52,816 nucleotides of DNA from Perkinsus olseni (GCA_013115125.1 JABANN010000211.1:1-52816); one strand, 5' to 3'. Shown: positions 1-12,207, counted from the stretch's first letter. Made by a program: numbers and translations. The notes: generated from the letters alone by a model not told the origin.

Positions 1-1426
1 CAGGAAATCCAATACGTGTGTGGCAATGGGAGCACTGCCCGTGAAGACGAGTTGAACTCTTTCGAGCCCGAGCATTTCCTTAATCTTGTCGAACACTTCG
101 CGGTCGTATTGAGGGTGTTTCAATGTTCCACATTTGAGCAAGTCCAACTTTGCCTGAACAGCCTCGTCAAACTTAGCTGAGGCATTCGTGGTGATGACTC
201 TCTCATAGAGTCGGTTGAGGAGGCGAGGTACCGAGATGAATACCGTAGGCCGGAGTGCTGCAATGTCGTCCATCAGCTTCAGAGGGTCGCCTTGGTAGAG
301 GCCCACTGCTACGCCAAGGTAGTACAACGCAACTTCGGCCACTCGTCCAAAGACGTGAGGGAGTGGTAGATAGTCGAGGTAGTAGTGGTAGCCCTTCCGT
401 AAATCAGAGAGGGGATAGGGGGAAGTGAAACACTCAACGAAGGCAGCTGCATCGGCAATGACACTTCCCTGACTTAGGAGCGCCCCCTTCGGCTCGCCTG
501 TTGTACCGCTTGTATAACAGAATGTCGCGATGTCAGTAGCAGCACCGACGAGGGGTGAGTACGACAAGTCTGCGCCCAGGCGTTCGACCTCGTCCATGCT
601 GCGGAGTTTCACATCGACCGCAAGACAAGCAGCAATCGCCTTCTTCTCCGTATGGTCAACACATATTATAGTGCGCAGGCTGGGACACCTTTCTTTGACT
701 TTGACAAGGTTCGGGACCTGTACCGCGGAGCAGACGACTGTTGACAGTTCTGTCTGGTTGAGTATGTAGTGGACGGTATCCTCCCCGAGGGTATCATAGA
801 GGGGGACTGTTGTAGCTCTCCTAGTGAATGCTCCTTGCTCAGCGATAACCCACTCAGATCTGTTCTTCATGTAAATACCGATTAGCCTCATCGAACCATC
901 CTCGGATTTGGATAGTAGATTGAGTTCTTCCAGCCCTCTACCGAAGTTGATTATTCTCTCATAAACCTCTTTATAAGTCTGCCATTCAAATGGGCCCACC
1001 GAACCATCATCCAGTATAGGGCGAGTGCCGTGGCAAGGACGATCGGGGTACCTCTCCACAGTCTGGACAAAGACAACGGAAACCAGAGATGATAGAGGGA
1101 TCCGTGGAAAGGTGCGCCCCCACTCACCCTCTTGAAGACATCGAAGCTAGTGACAATGGAGGGGTCATCGTCAATGAACCTTTGCAATCGATTCTTGTAT
1201 CCTGGATGCCGATACACAGAACCGCTGACGCCGGGAATGGCCGAGTGTGGAATCTAACAGGTGATCAGTACACCCTCGAGTTTGTCAATAAGTCGAAAAT
1301 GAACGATAAGATATGCTGTGCGTCGTGTGACGAGACTAGTGAGCGCGACACTCCGCATTCAAACATCCCGCTGAACAGCCTCACCTCGAATGCATAGTCT
1401 CGACTTTCCGCTATAGGGAAAGGCAT
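1..1426 (-). CDS. Long-chain fatty-acyl-CoA synthetase (AMP-binding), 3' end outside window
   Basis: Manual splice: MPFPIAESRDYAFE|IPHSAIPGVSGSVYRHPGYK..FDVFKR|TVERYPDRPCHG..IGIYMKNRSEWVIAEQG..VPLYDTLG..FCYTSGTTGEPKGALL..YLDYLPLPH..LYQGDPLKLMDDIAALRPTVFISVPRLLNR..VFTGSAP. Contains the AMP-binding motif and LACS-type motifs; two GT-AG introns near the 5' end. Confidence 0.93.
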
Positions 1427-1732
1427 GCAAAATCAACCAATACTGTAAACACACGCTCGCGTTCACATAGGACAAGTCGGAGACCTCATCACACCCACGG
1501 CGACTGATACCCACCCTCCCTCCCCCAACTCAGTAGCACTGGTCTGGGGCACGTCATACTGCATGACGCTGGTGCAAACCCTAGAACAAAACGGTCCTTC
1601 CAAAGGGTTCATTTGAAAATCGTAACAGAACACGAATCTGTGTGATGAAAGGAAACGCATAAGTATCACACTATACGGTAGTTATCGTAGTAGCTGTAGC
1701 CTAATAATTGCTGCGTTCAGTGATTAGTAGCA

Positions 1733-1812
1733 GGCCCTGCTAAGCAGGGCCCTACTAGGACTCTCCTACTAAATGCTGCTGCCGTCGGAGACTATGCCGG
1801 GAGACTCCCGGC
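1733..1812. repeat. Two perfect inverted repeats with 1-nt spacers
   Basis: ggccctgct-a-agcagggcc (1733-1751) and gccgggag-a-ctcccggc (1796-1812), read directly from the sequence. Confidence 0.85.
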
Positions 1813-2859
1813 GGGAGGCTTTTGCCTGGGTCGCATACTGACAGTATGATACTGTTGATACCAATGCTTTGGGGCCTTCTCGAACGTCAAGTCACGGTGA
1901 CCACGTAACCCGAGATATGAATGACCTCGGTGGATGATAGTATACTAGCATTGGTTGACAGATCGGAGCAAACTAGTCGTCCCGGATACTGTGGAATCAC
2001 GATTAACCGCAATGGCCGTGATGTGATCGGTGTGGGCGTCAGCACTCTGCCAAAGCCGAAATCTCGCGAATGACGAGGATCAGAGTCAATTGGTGCGATT
2101 CGATGTAGAGGGAGTAAAACTTTTACTGTAAAAGGTCATCTAATGACGAGCTAGAGCGAAGTACGGACCACATTGCATGACTTACCATAACAGTTCTTCC
2201 GCAGCCCATCTGAGCGATTTTTACCATGCCAGTCAGCCCGACAGACGTAACAACATACGCTTCACTCTCAGGGTGAGACGTGGCCGTCGGCTATGGCGAG
2301 CCCGAGCTAAGGACAAATATTCCTCGAAGAGTCAATCCAAAGGTCGCAGAATCTGCACTGCAGATGTCCCTCATTTCTGCATTGCAGAAAGGAAAGCCCT
2401 ATACCCTCATCATGGGGGCTCATGTGTTGCAATTTCTTCCAGGAAGTCCACTGCCCTGAAGTCCCCTAACTGCCTTACACAGTGTAAGTTACACTATGAG
2501 ACTTATAGTGTTAACGTTGACGAGCATGATGAGGTAGAAAGACGCGGCTCACATAGTGAGTGGGAAGAATAGGAAAGTGATTCTCTAATATTGGCCGTCA
2601 TTTGATTTTCAAGTAACGCTAACCTTTCGCCGATTTTTGTGCTGTAGGAAATAGATCTGTTTGGCGCGCGCGATCCGGGTTCGCTGATATTTGAATTCGC
2701 TGGAATTTGGTAACACGCGGGCGTCGTCTTTCGAGGATTCTGCGCTGATGCGTGTTGTATGTTGACGTAGCCCGTGGTTCGATCCGCACAGTGCGGCGCA
2801 CACCTAAGGTCTGAAGGTCGACTTCGGAATGTGTTATTTTCACGTTACTGGTATCATCT

Positions 2860-2895
2860 TCTCAAAAGTTTGAGAGTCTCAAATTGAGACTCAAA
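2860..2895. repeat. Nested inverted repeats of CTCAAA/TTTGAG
   Basis: tctcaaa-ag-tttgaga (2860-2875) overlaps gagtctcaa-a-ttgagactc (2874-2892). Confidence 0.8.
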
Positions 2896-3310
2896 TCCCG
2901 TTAAGTGAACGGGGGTTGCATCCCTCCGCGGAATTCTCTCAATTTTGTATATTTATCGTTTTAGAGAACGCATCCCGGATCACACGGGGTGTTGTGTATT
3001 CAGTAGGGCGAGGTTCCATTCCCGGCTCTTCTTTTCGACACTATCTGTCTGTATGGTTCCAAACTCGGATGCGGATCCCTCTCACGGTGGCGGAACTCTG
3101 TCATCCCGGCTCGAGTATCGTAGTAGGTTCTTTCTCTTGTGGGTCAAACTTAAACTTCACGAGTCGAACACAGCGTTGCTTGTGTTAGACACATGCGCAA
3201 TGCCTCCACCCAGCTTTAATCATCTCACTCGCAGGCCCTAGAAAATTTCCATTGGATGCTGAAACCATTGCCCGCAGTTCTAATACAGCTCTTGACCTCC
3301 ACTTCCGCTC

Positions 3311-4988
3311 ATGGGTTCATGCTGCTCCCGTGGCAATCCCATTACCGAGCTAGTCGATGCGTCTTCTCCCGTGGAAAACCCGTATCCTGGCCGTACTGAG
3401 AAGCGAAGGCGCCGATTATCAATCAACCAAGGCTCTGCGGGGGTAGTTGATGCAGCTTCAAGCTCGGATACTGAGATCGATGAAGATAGCAAGCAAGGTA
3501 GCGAAGCCTATGGTCTTGTAGGCTATATTATGTCGTGGTGTAGGTAGAATAGTCACAGGGGGTGGATCTAGTTTTCGGTCTGCTCGGCGGTTGTCTATTA
3601 CCAGCCGGCCCGTGGAAGGCAAAAGGCCTCACCAAAGAGGATTTGCGGTAGTAATGTCGGATTGCCGGATCCCACTCCCTCAGTGTTCTCAGTGCAGCTG
3701 TTATTGTCCTTCAGGATAAGAACTGCGACAAACAGGGAGGAAAGATCCCGGAGACACTCGGGTACGCCTGCAAGAAAGGGCTCAAACCGGACAGCCCTAA
3801 CCAGGATGATTTTGCAATTTTCATCATGGATAATTGGCAAATGTAATACTCTATAACCCAGGTGCCAAGAACTGATTTTCGTAGGGCGCCGCGACTGCTG
3901 CTTCACTTGTTAGGTATGCAGTCTTCGATGGCCATGGCCCATACGGCCACGTTGTGTCCAAGTTTTGTCAGGATACTTTGCCGGAGGTGAGAGCTCGGAC
4001 GGAGGCGAATCTTGCATGGGATTAGCGTTCCTCGGTCTTCAGTTGATCACCGATGATCCTAATTTTCAAGACCATTTATCCAAGACATTCAAGACGTCAT
4101 TCATCCGCACACACGGTAATAGAGTTTGGGAGACTTGACGCTTGCCAGTGCATCATTCTCAGTCTTATGTGAGCAAACTGCGGACTCACAAGGAACTTTC
4201 GACTGTTCATTCTCCGGTTCGACTGCAACCATTGTTGTACGTCGGAATGGCTTCCTTAACTGTGCCTGGGTTGGTGATTCAAGAGCCGTCCTCGCAACCA
4301 TCAGGGTAAGTTCATAGGCACACGAAAGAGGATGATGCAATCTTTGCAGACACCTGACAAGGGTCATGGCCCAACTCGCCTTGTTGCCGTTGATCTATCT
4401 CGGGACCACAAACCCGAGCTACCCGAGGAAAGAGCGCGAATAGAAGCACAAGGTGGCAGGGTTCTCAAGCTTGGCGGCGACATTCCCTACCGAGTATTTG
4501 TTAAAAGTGAGAATTGCATGCACTCGAGCGGCAGTGTGTCATGGCTCTCAACTCAGCCGCTTATTACCCCGGTCTAGCGATGACCAGGTCTATAGGAGAC
4601 ACCGTTGGAGTATCCGCTGGCATCTCGCACGTTCCCGAAGTCTCCGTGCGGTAAGCCTCGTTGCGGAGCTAAGGCCCTCATGATGAGGGCCTCATCTCTC
4701 GAGCTTTCAGACCTGTTAATGAGGGTGTTGATAAGTTCATACTCGTCGCTAGCGATGGAGTATGGGAGTTCATCTCGAGCCAAGAGGCGGTCGATATTAT
4801 TAGTAATGAGCATCATTCTTGAGTACTTCAGTGAATGCCCGCCGTCAGATAAGTACCCACCCACCCGAGCCCAGGCCGCCGCCGAGGCCCTGGCTCACGA
4901 AGCCTGGCTGCGGTGGATGAGAGAAGAGAGGGGAAAAGTAGTGGACGATATTACAGTCATCGTCGACTGGCTTCAACCCACATCCTGA
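3311..4988 (+). CDS. Protein phosphatase 2C (PPM family) with N-terminal MGSCCS acylation motif
   Basis: Spliced exons give GYACKKGLKPDSPNQDDF, YAVFDGHGPYGH, FSGSTAT, CAWVGDSRAV, LSRDHKP, YPGLAMTRSIGD, FILVASDGVWEF and DDITVI, the canonical PPM motifs. Confidence 0.95.
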
Positions 4989-5419
4989 TTGACTAATAAA
5001 AGCACTCGAACGTACAATACTGGAAAATTTTACTAATTCCTACATTTTCTATAATAGTTGTGAACTGTGTATAATTGGCAGCCAATCCGCTGGAGCATTG
5101 CCTCATTAGCTGGCCGAGTGGATAATTCTAGACTTTGCTTCTGAGGCTTTTGGCGGGGTCCAGTACTATTGCATCCTCCCCCAATTCACCTCTTCTCCGC
5201 TTATTGCCTTCGAAATCGAGGCCTTCGGCGTACTGCTTTTGAATTTCTGAAGCCGTTTAATTCCCTTTGGTTTGTGTGTGGATGTCACCCTGCTGCAGAC
5301 GAGGGACGAGTTTCAACTTATCATGGTTTTCTGTGGCGTTCATTAGAAGGAGGGTTGCATATCTATCCTCGGCTGAAGGAGGCGTCGGTACATCTAGACA
5401 GGCCGCTCCACCTCACTCT

Positions 5420-6472
5420 ATGGTAACTGCGGCTCCAACGCAAGCGAAGTCTCAAGGGCATCGTAGCAGCGGCGGCGAGGGAACTCAGCGGAAGAAAGGT
5501 TATATGGCTTGGCGAGGGGGAGGGGTTATGTGCACAGTTCATCAGACACCGGCGAGGCTTCCTTGGCGGCATCCCGAGCTAGGATGCTGCGTGTCACCAA
5601 TCTCACTCGTAATGTTGATGAGGAGCATTTGAACGAAATATTTGGTGAGAGGGCGGTAGGAGATTCCCGCATACTGCATTTCTGAATCGTGCCCTGTTGT
5701 TGAGGGCGATGCGGCTGTGGGAGATAGTTGCAATTTCTCAGGGACATATGCCCGCGTCGAGAGCGTGCATTTGGCTGTGGACGAGGAGGTGAGCGCAGCG
5801 TCCCCAGCATCGGGGTGATCACTTCCCCCAACTCAGAATCACCTGTCGAAAGGCTATGCTTACGTCCTGTTCGCCACACGAGAGGGGGCGGAAGAAGCGT
5901 TCTTTCACGTAGACAGAGGGCAGATCGACGGGAACGTTGTGAAGGTAGAGCGGATCGGCTGCGGTGCCCCCAACATTCTTTGACTTTGGAGGTGGTTTTT
6001 GTCGCGCCTCCGAGCCCCCCTGTTGAGAAGGCTCCGCCACGGAAGGCCGCAGTTCCCAGCGGCACAAACAGCGTTGGAGACCGTAAGCCTTGCCCAGTCG
6101 ATATCTAGATTCCTTCGCCTATCGACAGTCCTCAGGTAGCCGCTCTCCTCCCAAGCATAGCCGAGACATCCAGGGCCATCATAGTCGGTGAGAGTCTCTT
6201 CTTCCTTGTTTGATATCAGTAAGGTGCGCTCTCTTCATCAGGTCCCGTAGCCCGTCATCTTCGAGCTCCTCTTCGTCAGTCTCTGGATACTCCTCCGACC
6301 CGGAGTCACGACATAGGCGGCGGCGAGGCCGTTCCAGGTCACGGTCACTCCAGAAACAGCGAGCTCGGTCACCTGATCGACGGGTAGGTCTGGCTAGTGT
6401 TTCATTCCGATCGCCTCTCCAGCGGTTTTCTCGTTTCTCCAGGAGCATCGCGATAGAGGTTATCGACGATAG
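5420..6472 (+). CDS. RNPS1/SR45-like RRM and RS-domain splicing/EJC protein
   Basis: MLRVTNLTRNVDEEHLNEIFG..SKGYAYVLFATREGAEEAFFHVDRGQIDGNVVKV is an RNPS1-type RRM. It is followed by an Arg/Ser-rich tail (RSRSPSSSS..RSRSRS). Confidence 0.85.
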
Positions 6473-6614
6473 AATAATTTATCTTATGTTTCTGCTCTCA
6501 GCGTGTTGAATTAACTAGTCGAGTAATTAACCATCAGAATCAAATAGCAAACACAACAGTATGGCGAATTTGTCGATATGCGTAATAATGCATGAGCTCT
6601 TCCCATCCGCCGAT

Positions 6615-7734
6615 TCATACGGAGGAGGTCGCGTCTCGATCTCGTGTGCCCGTCAATATTTCTCGGGCGCCTTCCTCTAGTTCCTCCTGGCAAGACATCA
6701 CTCGATTGAGCCGAGCCAGGAGCGCTGGTAACTCCGCTTGAGCCTTCGCTGAGCTCCGATCGACTGAGAATAATCTGTCGCTACGTTTGCGAGCAATCGA
6801 ATATACGCTCTGTCGCGTCTGTGTCGGGGAGGTTTATTCCCTGCAATTCCTGGATGAGCCGGAGAGACTTGCCGAGTTCCTCTAATTCCGTCGAGCAGTT
6901 GAGAACCTACGTGACCCATTGATGAAATGGGAATAAGAAAAGACGCCCTCACATGTGCCTTTTTCAATGCTAGACTGAGGATTCCGGTCTCCAGGCTTGC
7001 AGGGCCCCCGGCAGCCAGTCGCATCAAATGTGGGGATACCCGACCGTACCTGAGCATGACGGCTCTCGGCCCACTGGCGACCACTAAACTTCTTACTTTT
7101 CCACCAACTCGCGTAACCGAGGGTTTGACGATCGCTCGAGGGGAGTTGAGATACGATCACCCAACTCCGCTAAGATGTCCCCAACCTGGAAGCGCGCTGG
7201 AAGTGCGTATACATCCGGGTGTGATACCCGAGTGTGACGCCCAGTGCCTACACTTTTCGTGTATCGACCCTCGTGTACAATTGGCCTGCCGTTGGGAGTA
7301 TGGGAAGCCGATCTTGTTCCATAGATGGTAGTGGTGCTCTCTTGAGTTGGATGATAACCGAACACGAGTGCCTGGCAATCTAACGTCTAAAATTGTAAAA
7401 TAACACTTTCAAAACATGCCCGTCTAGCTCAGTCGGTAGAGCGCAAGGCTCTTAACCTTGTGGTCGTGGGTTCGAGCCCCACGGTGGGTGTTTTTCTCGA
7501 CAATTAATTGCTGCGCGACGTGCTGATTCCCATGTCTCCGAAGTACCACCGAGCGAGCTCGTTTTACGTTGAGATCATCTCACTCTGCCAGTAAACCCGC
7601 TCAGGGCACCTCACCTGGCATTCTGCTATCCGGTCACCCAATGCACTCAGCCTAGCCTGAGTGAGATGCTCCTGCTGGTCAATACCAGCCGCTGTGACTG
7701 GTGTATCCACCACCAGGACCGCAGCCTCCGACAT
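6615..7734 (-). CDS. Coiled-coil protein, dynactin p22/p24 (DCTN3)-like
   Basis: In-phase GT-AG model: MSEAAV..QARLSALGDRIAECQ|ALVFG..GRYTKS|VGDILAELGDRI..RLRELVEK|YGRVSPHL..LKKAH|VLNCSTELEELGKSLRLIQELQG..|DRSSAKAQAELPALLARLNRV..*. The motif order resembles DCTN3 from memory; family assignment is inference. Confidence 0.5.
7418..7490 (+). tRNA. tRNA-Lys (anticodon CTT)
   Basis: 73 nt: GCCCGTC TA GCTC AGTCGGTA GAGC G CAAGG CT-CTT-AA CCTTG TGGTC GTGGG TTCGAGC CCCAC GGTGGGT G. Full cloverleaf with A and B boxes. Confidence 0.98.
7491..7495 (+). terminator. RNA polymerase III T-run terminator
   Basis: TTTTT immediately follows the tRNA 3' end. Confidence 0.8.
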
Positions 7735-7878
7735 TCGTTCGAGCGCTGAGGAGTAGACAACTTACCTGCAAACCCCCACAGGATCATCCATCATTAACCG
7801 GTCGAATCGAACGTAACAGCGTGAAAAGCTTCAACTTGGATACCCAGTAGTAGAGTTCGTGTGAACATGATGCAGTCA

Positions 7879-8970
7879 CTAGAGATATACCGTGACAAAT
7901 ATGAGAACAGAGAATAGGAAGACTATGATGCCCCAGAGGATCGTCGTCGACGTGTGCTCCATGTGGTGCTGCAACATCGAATGAGCGTATCTAGTACAAA
8001 TGTTGGTTCGTTCCCCATAGCATGCCCCACTTCTGTTTTGCATGAGCATGGTCCGTCGCCTCGTGGACTTCATCTAATAGTTTGCAGTGAACCTCGAAAT
8101 ATACAAAAGAGACTGACGGTGTAGGGCGAGCGACACACCTCAATCTCGGAGTTGATGGCAGTCCCAATGTGCTTGAGATTGCTGACGCTTCCTCTGAGAT
8201 AGTCCAGATGCTCATCCTGCTGTGCTACGAGCCGCTCCGAGCTCAGCATGTTGCCGTCTGAGCCCACGGCCGTGTCCACTTGTGAACCTCCTTCTTCCAA
8301 TGTCGATCCTCCTAGACACAACACCATCCTCCCAGCGAACTCGCAGACTGAGGCCAACGATTGTCACGGAGAGTCCAGGATGGCTCACTCTCGAGATCAG
8401 GGAGGCCCCTCCTGGGGTGAAGAGAAGATTGGAAATTGGACCATGCCCGGCGAATGTCCTCTTCTAACTGCCTCAGGAGCTCAGCACGGTGCAAGACCTC
8501 TCGCTGTGTCAAGCCATGGCTAACCGAAGCTCCCACTCGTCCGGTGATGTTCGTAAAGGGATCGACAACTCACGCCTCGGGCTCGGTGGAGAGGTTGGAC
8601 AGACCCCTTGCCAAGTGAGAGTGCAACTGCCGCAGTTGAGCAATGCGGCCTCGAGTGACTGCAATAGCCTGGCAGCACAGGGTTGGAACCAGACGAGCGG
8701 ATAGTATAGTGATAGATGGGGTCGAGTGGATTTCGGTAGCACCCCGAGGAAGGCCCGAGGCAGCAGCAGGGCACCTCTCCTTACCGTGCCGACGCCGTCC
8801 TGTGACCGTCCCCCAGTGGCAGCCGCCCTTAGCGTGCCATCACATTCACGCACGACGTCCTACAGCACTAAGGTAGGTAACCCGAATCAATAGCCACCCA
8901 CCTGTAGAGTCGTCTGGGCCTGCTTGAGGTCCGCCGCCCAAAGCTCAGCCGCCGTGCCAACAGGAGCCAT
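7879..8970 (-). CDS. Qc-SNARE (syntaxin-8/Syp5/Tlg1-like)
   Basis: N-terminal helical domain (LTQREVLHRAELLRQLE), SNARE motif QQDEHLDYLRGSVSNLKHIGTAINSEIE|VHCKLLDEV, and C-terminal TM anchor ILWGIIVFLFSVLIFVTVYL*. Confidence 0.85.
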
Positions 8971-9023
8971 AGGAAAGCAGCAAACTGATGACCAGTCGAG
9001 AATCAGACCGATGAACACGTCAG

Positions 9024-10128
9024 TCACCGTGAGTAGCTGGTAAATGGCATCATTCTACAATCATTCATGGCACACCGCTGCTGAGTGTAGTTCAGGAAGA
9101 GTCGGCAACTGCCAAGGGCAATGACTCGAAAACCGGCTCCCCGCTGGTCAGAGATTACGCTAATACAACCACTGTTATTCCATATTTTAACTTCCCCTGG
9201 TCCCTGTGTTGAACGGCTGCATCGACACCGACCACCAGTACGAGAGCCGCGCTGCTTTCCCGCTGCATCACGCTGCCAAGAGTTGTACCCTGCGAAGGCA
9301 GTCACGTCGTGAACAGAGAAAGGAAGCCGAGCTCGAACCGTGGAGTCAGCGATTCAAACGAGTCGAAGATTCTGACGGGAACCCTCCACGGACCTCCAGG
9401 CTCAAACGGCCCCGGGAAGAAAGGATTAACGCTTGGGTTGGTAGAGTAGATGGCAGCGTACCTGAAGGGAGGCGATGACTGGGTAATGGTGGCCTATGAG
9501 ACTTACACAGCAGGATCGCCGATCCACAAGGGGCTGCTGTTTGCTCTCCGGTACCTACGATGCCCAGTCACGACGGAGGTCGGGACGCTGGCGGCTACCT
9601 TCCGAAAATCAGCGTCCGTGTTTTGTCGTAATTCGCGGCTTCCGTTTCTAAGAGAAGGGAGAATTGGATAGTGATAGTATCCAAGGTCGAAGAGAGCGCA
9701 AAACAGAGTATATGATACCACATAGGTCGGCTGCTCACCTCTCCGCAGCTTCTTCATCTCTCTGTAGCCTGCGGAGGTTACCGTAGGGGCATGACCCATG
9801 GAGCGGGGCCCGAAGTGGTCTACGCCGGTAGGGTAGTACCCCTGGTCGGTGATTGGGTGGATACGGGGAAGGGTGGAGGAGAGGGGCCGAAGACGCGAAG
9901 GGGGTACTGATGACCCTCCTGCCGAGCTGGACCGGCTACGTCGCGTCATTGACGGCGAAACCGAATGACTCGATGAAGGAATTCGACAAGAGATAATTCC
10001 GTCCCTGCGCCTCTGGATAGATCAAGGCCAGGTGTAGAGAACGCCTGTGGGGGCTGCTGGCTACCCGCGACCCTTGCCAACCAGACGTCTGCTGAAGCGC
10101 AGGATAGCACCGATTGGTCTGCTGCTCA
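9024..10128 (-). CDS. Hypothetical spliced protein
   Basis: Minus-strand ORF 9503-9949 plus flanking exons bounded by GT/AG sites. No recognised domain; ends approximate. Confidence 0.45.
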
Positions 10129-10377
10129 TACTCCTTCTTCCGTATGGGTTATTATTGAAGTAACGCAAGTAGTAGGGTTGGATGAAACAATAGCTGCTGC
10201 TGATGGTTATAGTTATTTTATTGTCGATAATAGTAGTAGTAAACCGAAATGTTAACGATCGTTATGGTAGGGCAAAAATATGAGGAACTGTACATTCATC
10301 GATGCAGCGACACCCTCACGGCCAATGTGCTTACCACATCAGAAGGGGGTTTACAAAGTAGCATCTAACAAAGCCCA

Positions 10378-11901
10378 TCACTCTGTAGAAAGGAACTGCG
10401 GACGATGGAAGTGATGGTACATCTGGTAGGGGGTCAAGAGTACTCGGATGAGTGCTGCACGGCCACGACGGCCATGCACCAACGACGGAAGCGACTACTG
10501 CCGAGTGATGGCAGATTTACTGTATAACTTCAAAGGTAAGGGACGACTACTAACAATAGGTCAACTTGCGTGTAAGTCGAGCTGCTGCTTTATTGGGGTT
10601 CTCTCTAGTTTCGGGTACACCTAAATGCAAGCAGCAGGGATCGAACCCGGGTGAACAGCAAGAAGTCCTTACCTTATGCGTCCACAAAGTCTTCTTCAAA
10701 TATGGAATCAGAGTCGAGGAAGTAGGCCGTAGAGATGGACTCCGTCCGAATGCTTGAGCTCGATGCAGCCGTCATGGTACCGTTGTTGCGGCCAATGACA
10801 GGCCTATCAGCAGACCACTGCGCCGCTCAGACACGAGTCGTGACGGTAGTGGCACTTACGTCTCTTCACCAATGTCACTCGACAGCGACAGCCACCTTGG
10901 GCCGGCCCCTAGTGCAGCACTGCTCGGCGACCGAGGTGTATCCACAACGCTCGGACTAACGGCGTCATTGCGAGTAACTTCATTGGCATCATTAAGGCTC
11001 TCAAGGTCGGCCATAAGTTGCTGCTCTGCGAGGCGTTCCTCCTCAGCTTCGCCTCGTGAAGCAAACTGCTCCCATTTCTGAGGGTAATCGAGGGCCTCAA
11101 CGTTGTCATGGGGATCATAAGGAGGCTTGTTGCCTGATGAGAGCGATGATGACCGCGCGCCACGAAATTACCCCACGAGACCTACAGACTGCTGTGAGCT
11201 CGGCTCGGACGAAGTCATTATCACCGTTGACGTTGCAACACATCAAAGCTGGTCGCAAGAACCTTTGCTCCGGTCGAGATTGGTAGACGAACCCCGTACA
11301 ATCGTACGATGACGAACTGAAGGAGGACACTGCTGCTTCGCTCCGCTAGGAAATGAGGCACGAGTTGCACTTTTTCGCCCAACTTACTCGCCGCCCGTTA
11401 GTATACCCCCTTCAGGGCCGATGGCCTCCACTTTACGGAAGAACGCCACTTTGCCCTTCTCAAAGTATATTCCAACTCTGACCGACACGATGTCGAGCAG
11501 GGCAGAGTGAAGACAATCCCGCAGCAGCAGACGATTATCGGAGGAGTCCTCAGAGCCGGCGACCTGATCCACACAGTGGTGACACGACGAAGCGTAGTGT
11601 CACCACCCATCCCCTACAGCGTATGTGTCAAAATGGTCAAAATACTTGCCTTGGGAGGACAACACCTGCGGGCCAGAGGGTCGCTCTCCTCGCTGGTAGT
11701 GAGGCGCTAAGTGCTTACCGCCGACAACGGCCCGAAGGCTATCGCCCACATAGAGGGGTCCGTCTCGAGGGCGAAGTCAAAGGTCTCCATTTTCACGGAA
11801 GAGTTGGTACTGTCATCAATCAACTTGGAATCCATCACGCTGATAGCACCCCCGGTGGATGCTGCAGTAGATATACTCGATGACGGCGTGGGTGCCGCCA
11901 T
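10378..11901 (-). CDS. Hypothetical spliced protein (may continue the F-box gene upstream)
   Basis: Series of minus-strand exons (METFDFALETDPSMWAIAFG.., YQSRPEQRFLRPALMCCN.., EEERLAEQQLMADLE) separated by short GT-AG introns; ends approximate. Confidence 0.45.
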
Positions 11902-12207
11902 GTGGCTGCCGTCGATCACCTACCACACCTTTCGAGAATCCTAGGCCTAGCTAGTGTTACCTACCCCAACGACTGCTCTGGTAGCTGTAGGACTGAAGTG
12001 AAGGTCAACAAGGTACTCCAAGTAGATGCCTCGCTCGTGCGTTGTCGGTATCTAAACCGAGGCGCATGTCATCACGCACTCCTCGAACGCAGCGCGCTCG
12101 TTATTGGTATGCGACCCGCCAAAAGTGAGATGTCTCCATCAGAACGGAGTGTCTACACGTGAAAGTGTTTCTGTATTTTGGAGGGAAGAATTCACAGCGT
12201 GGCGGCC

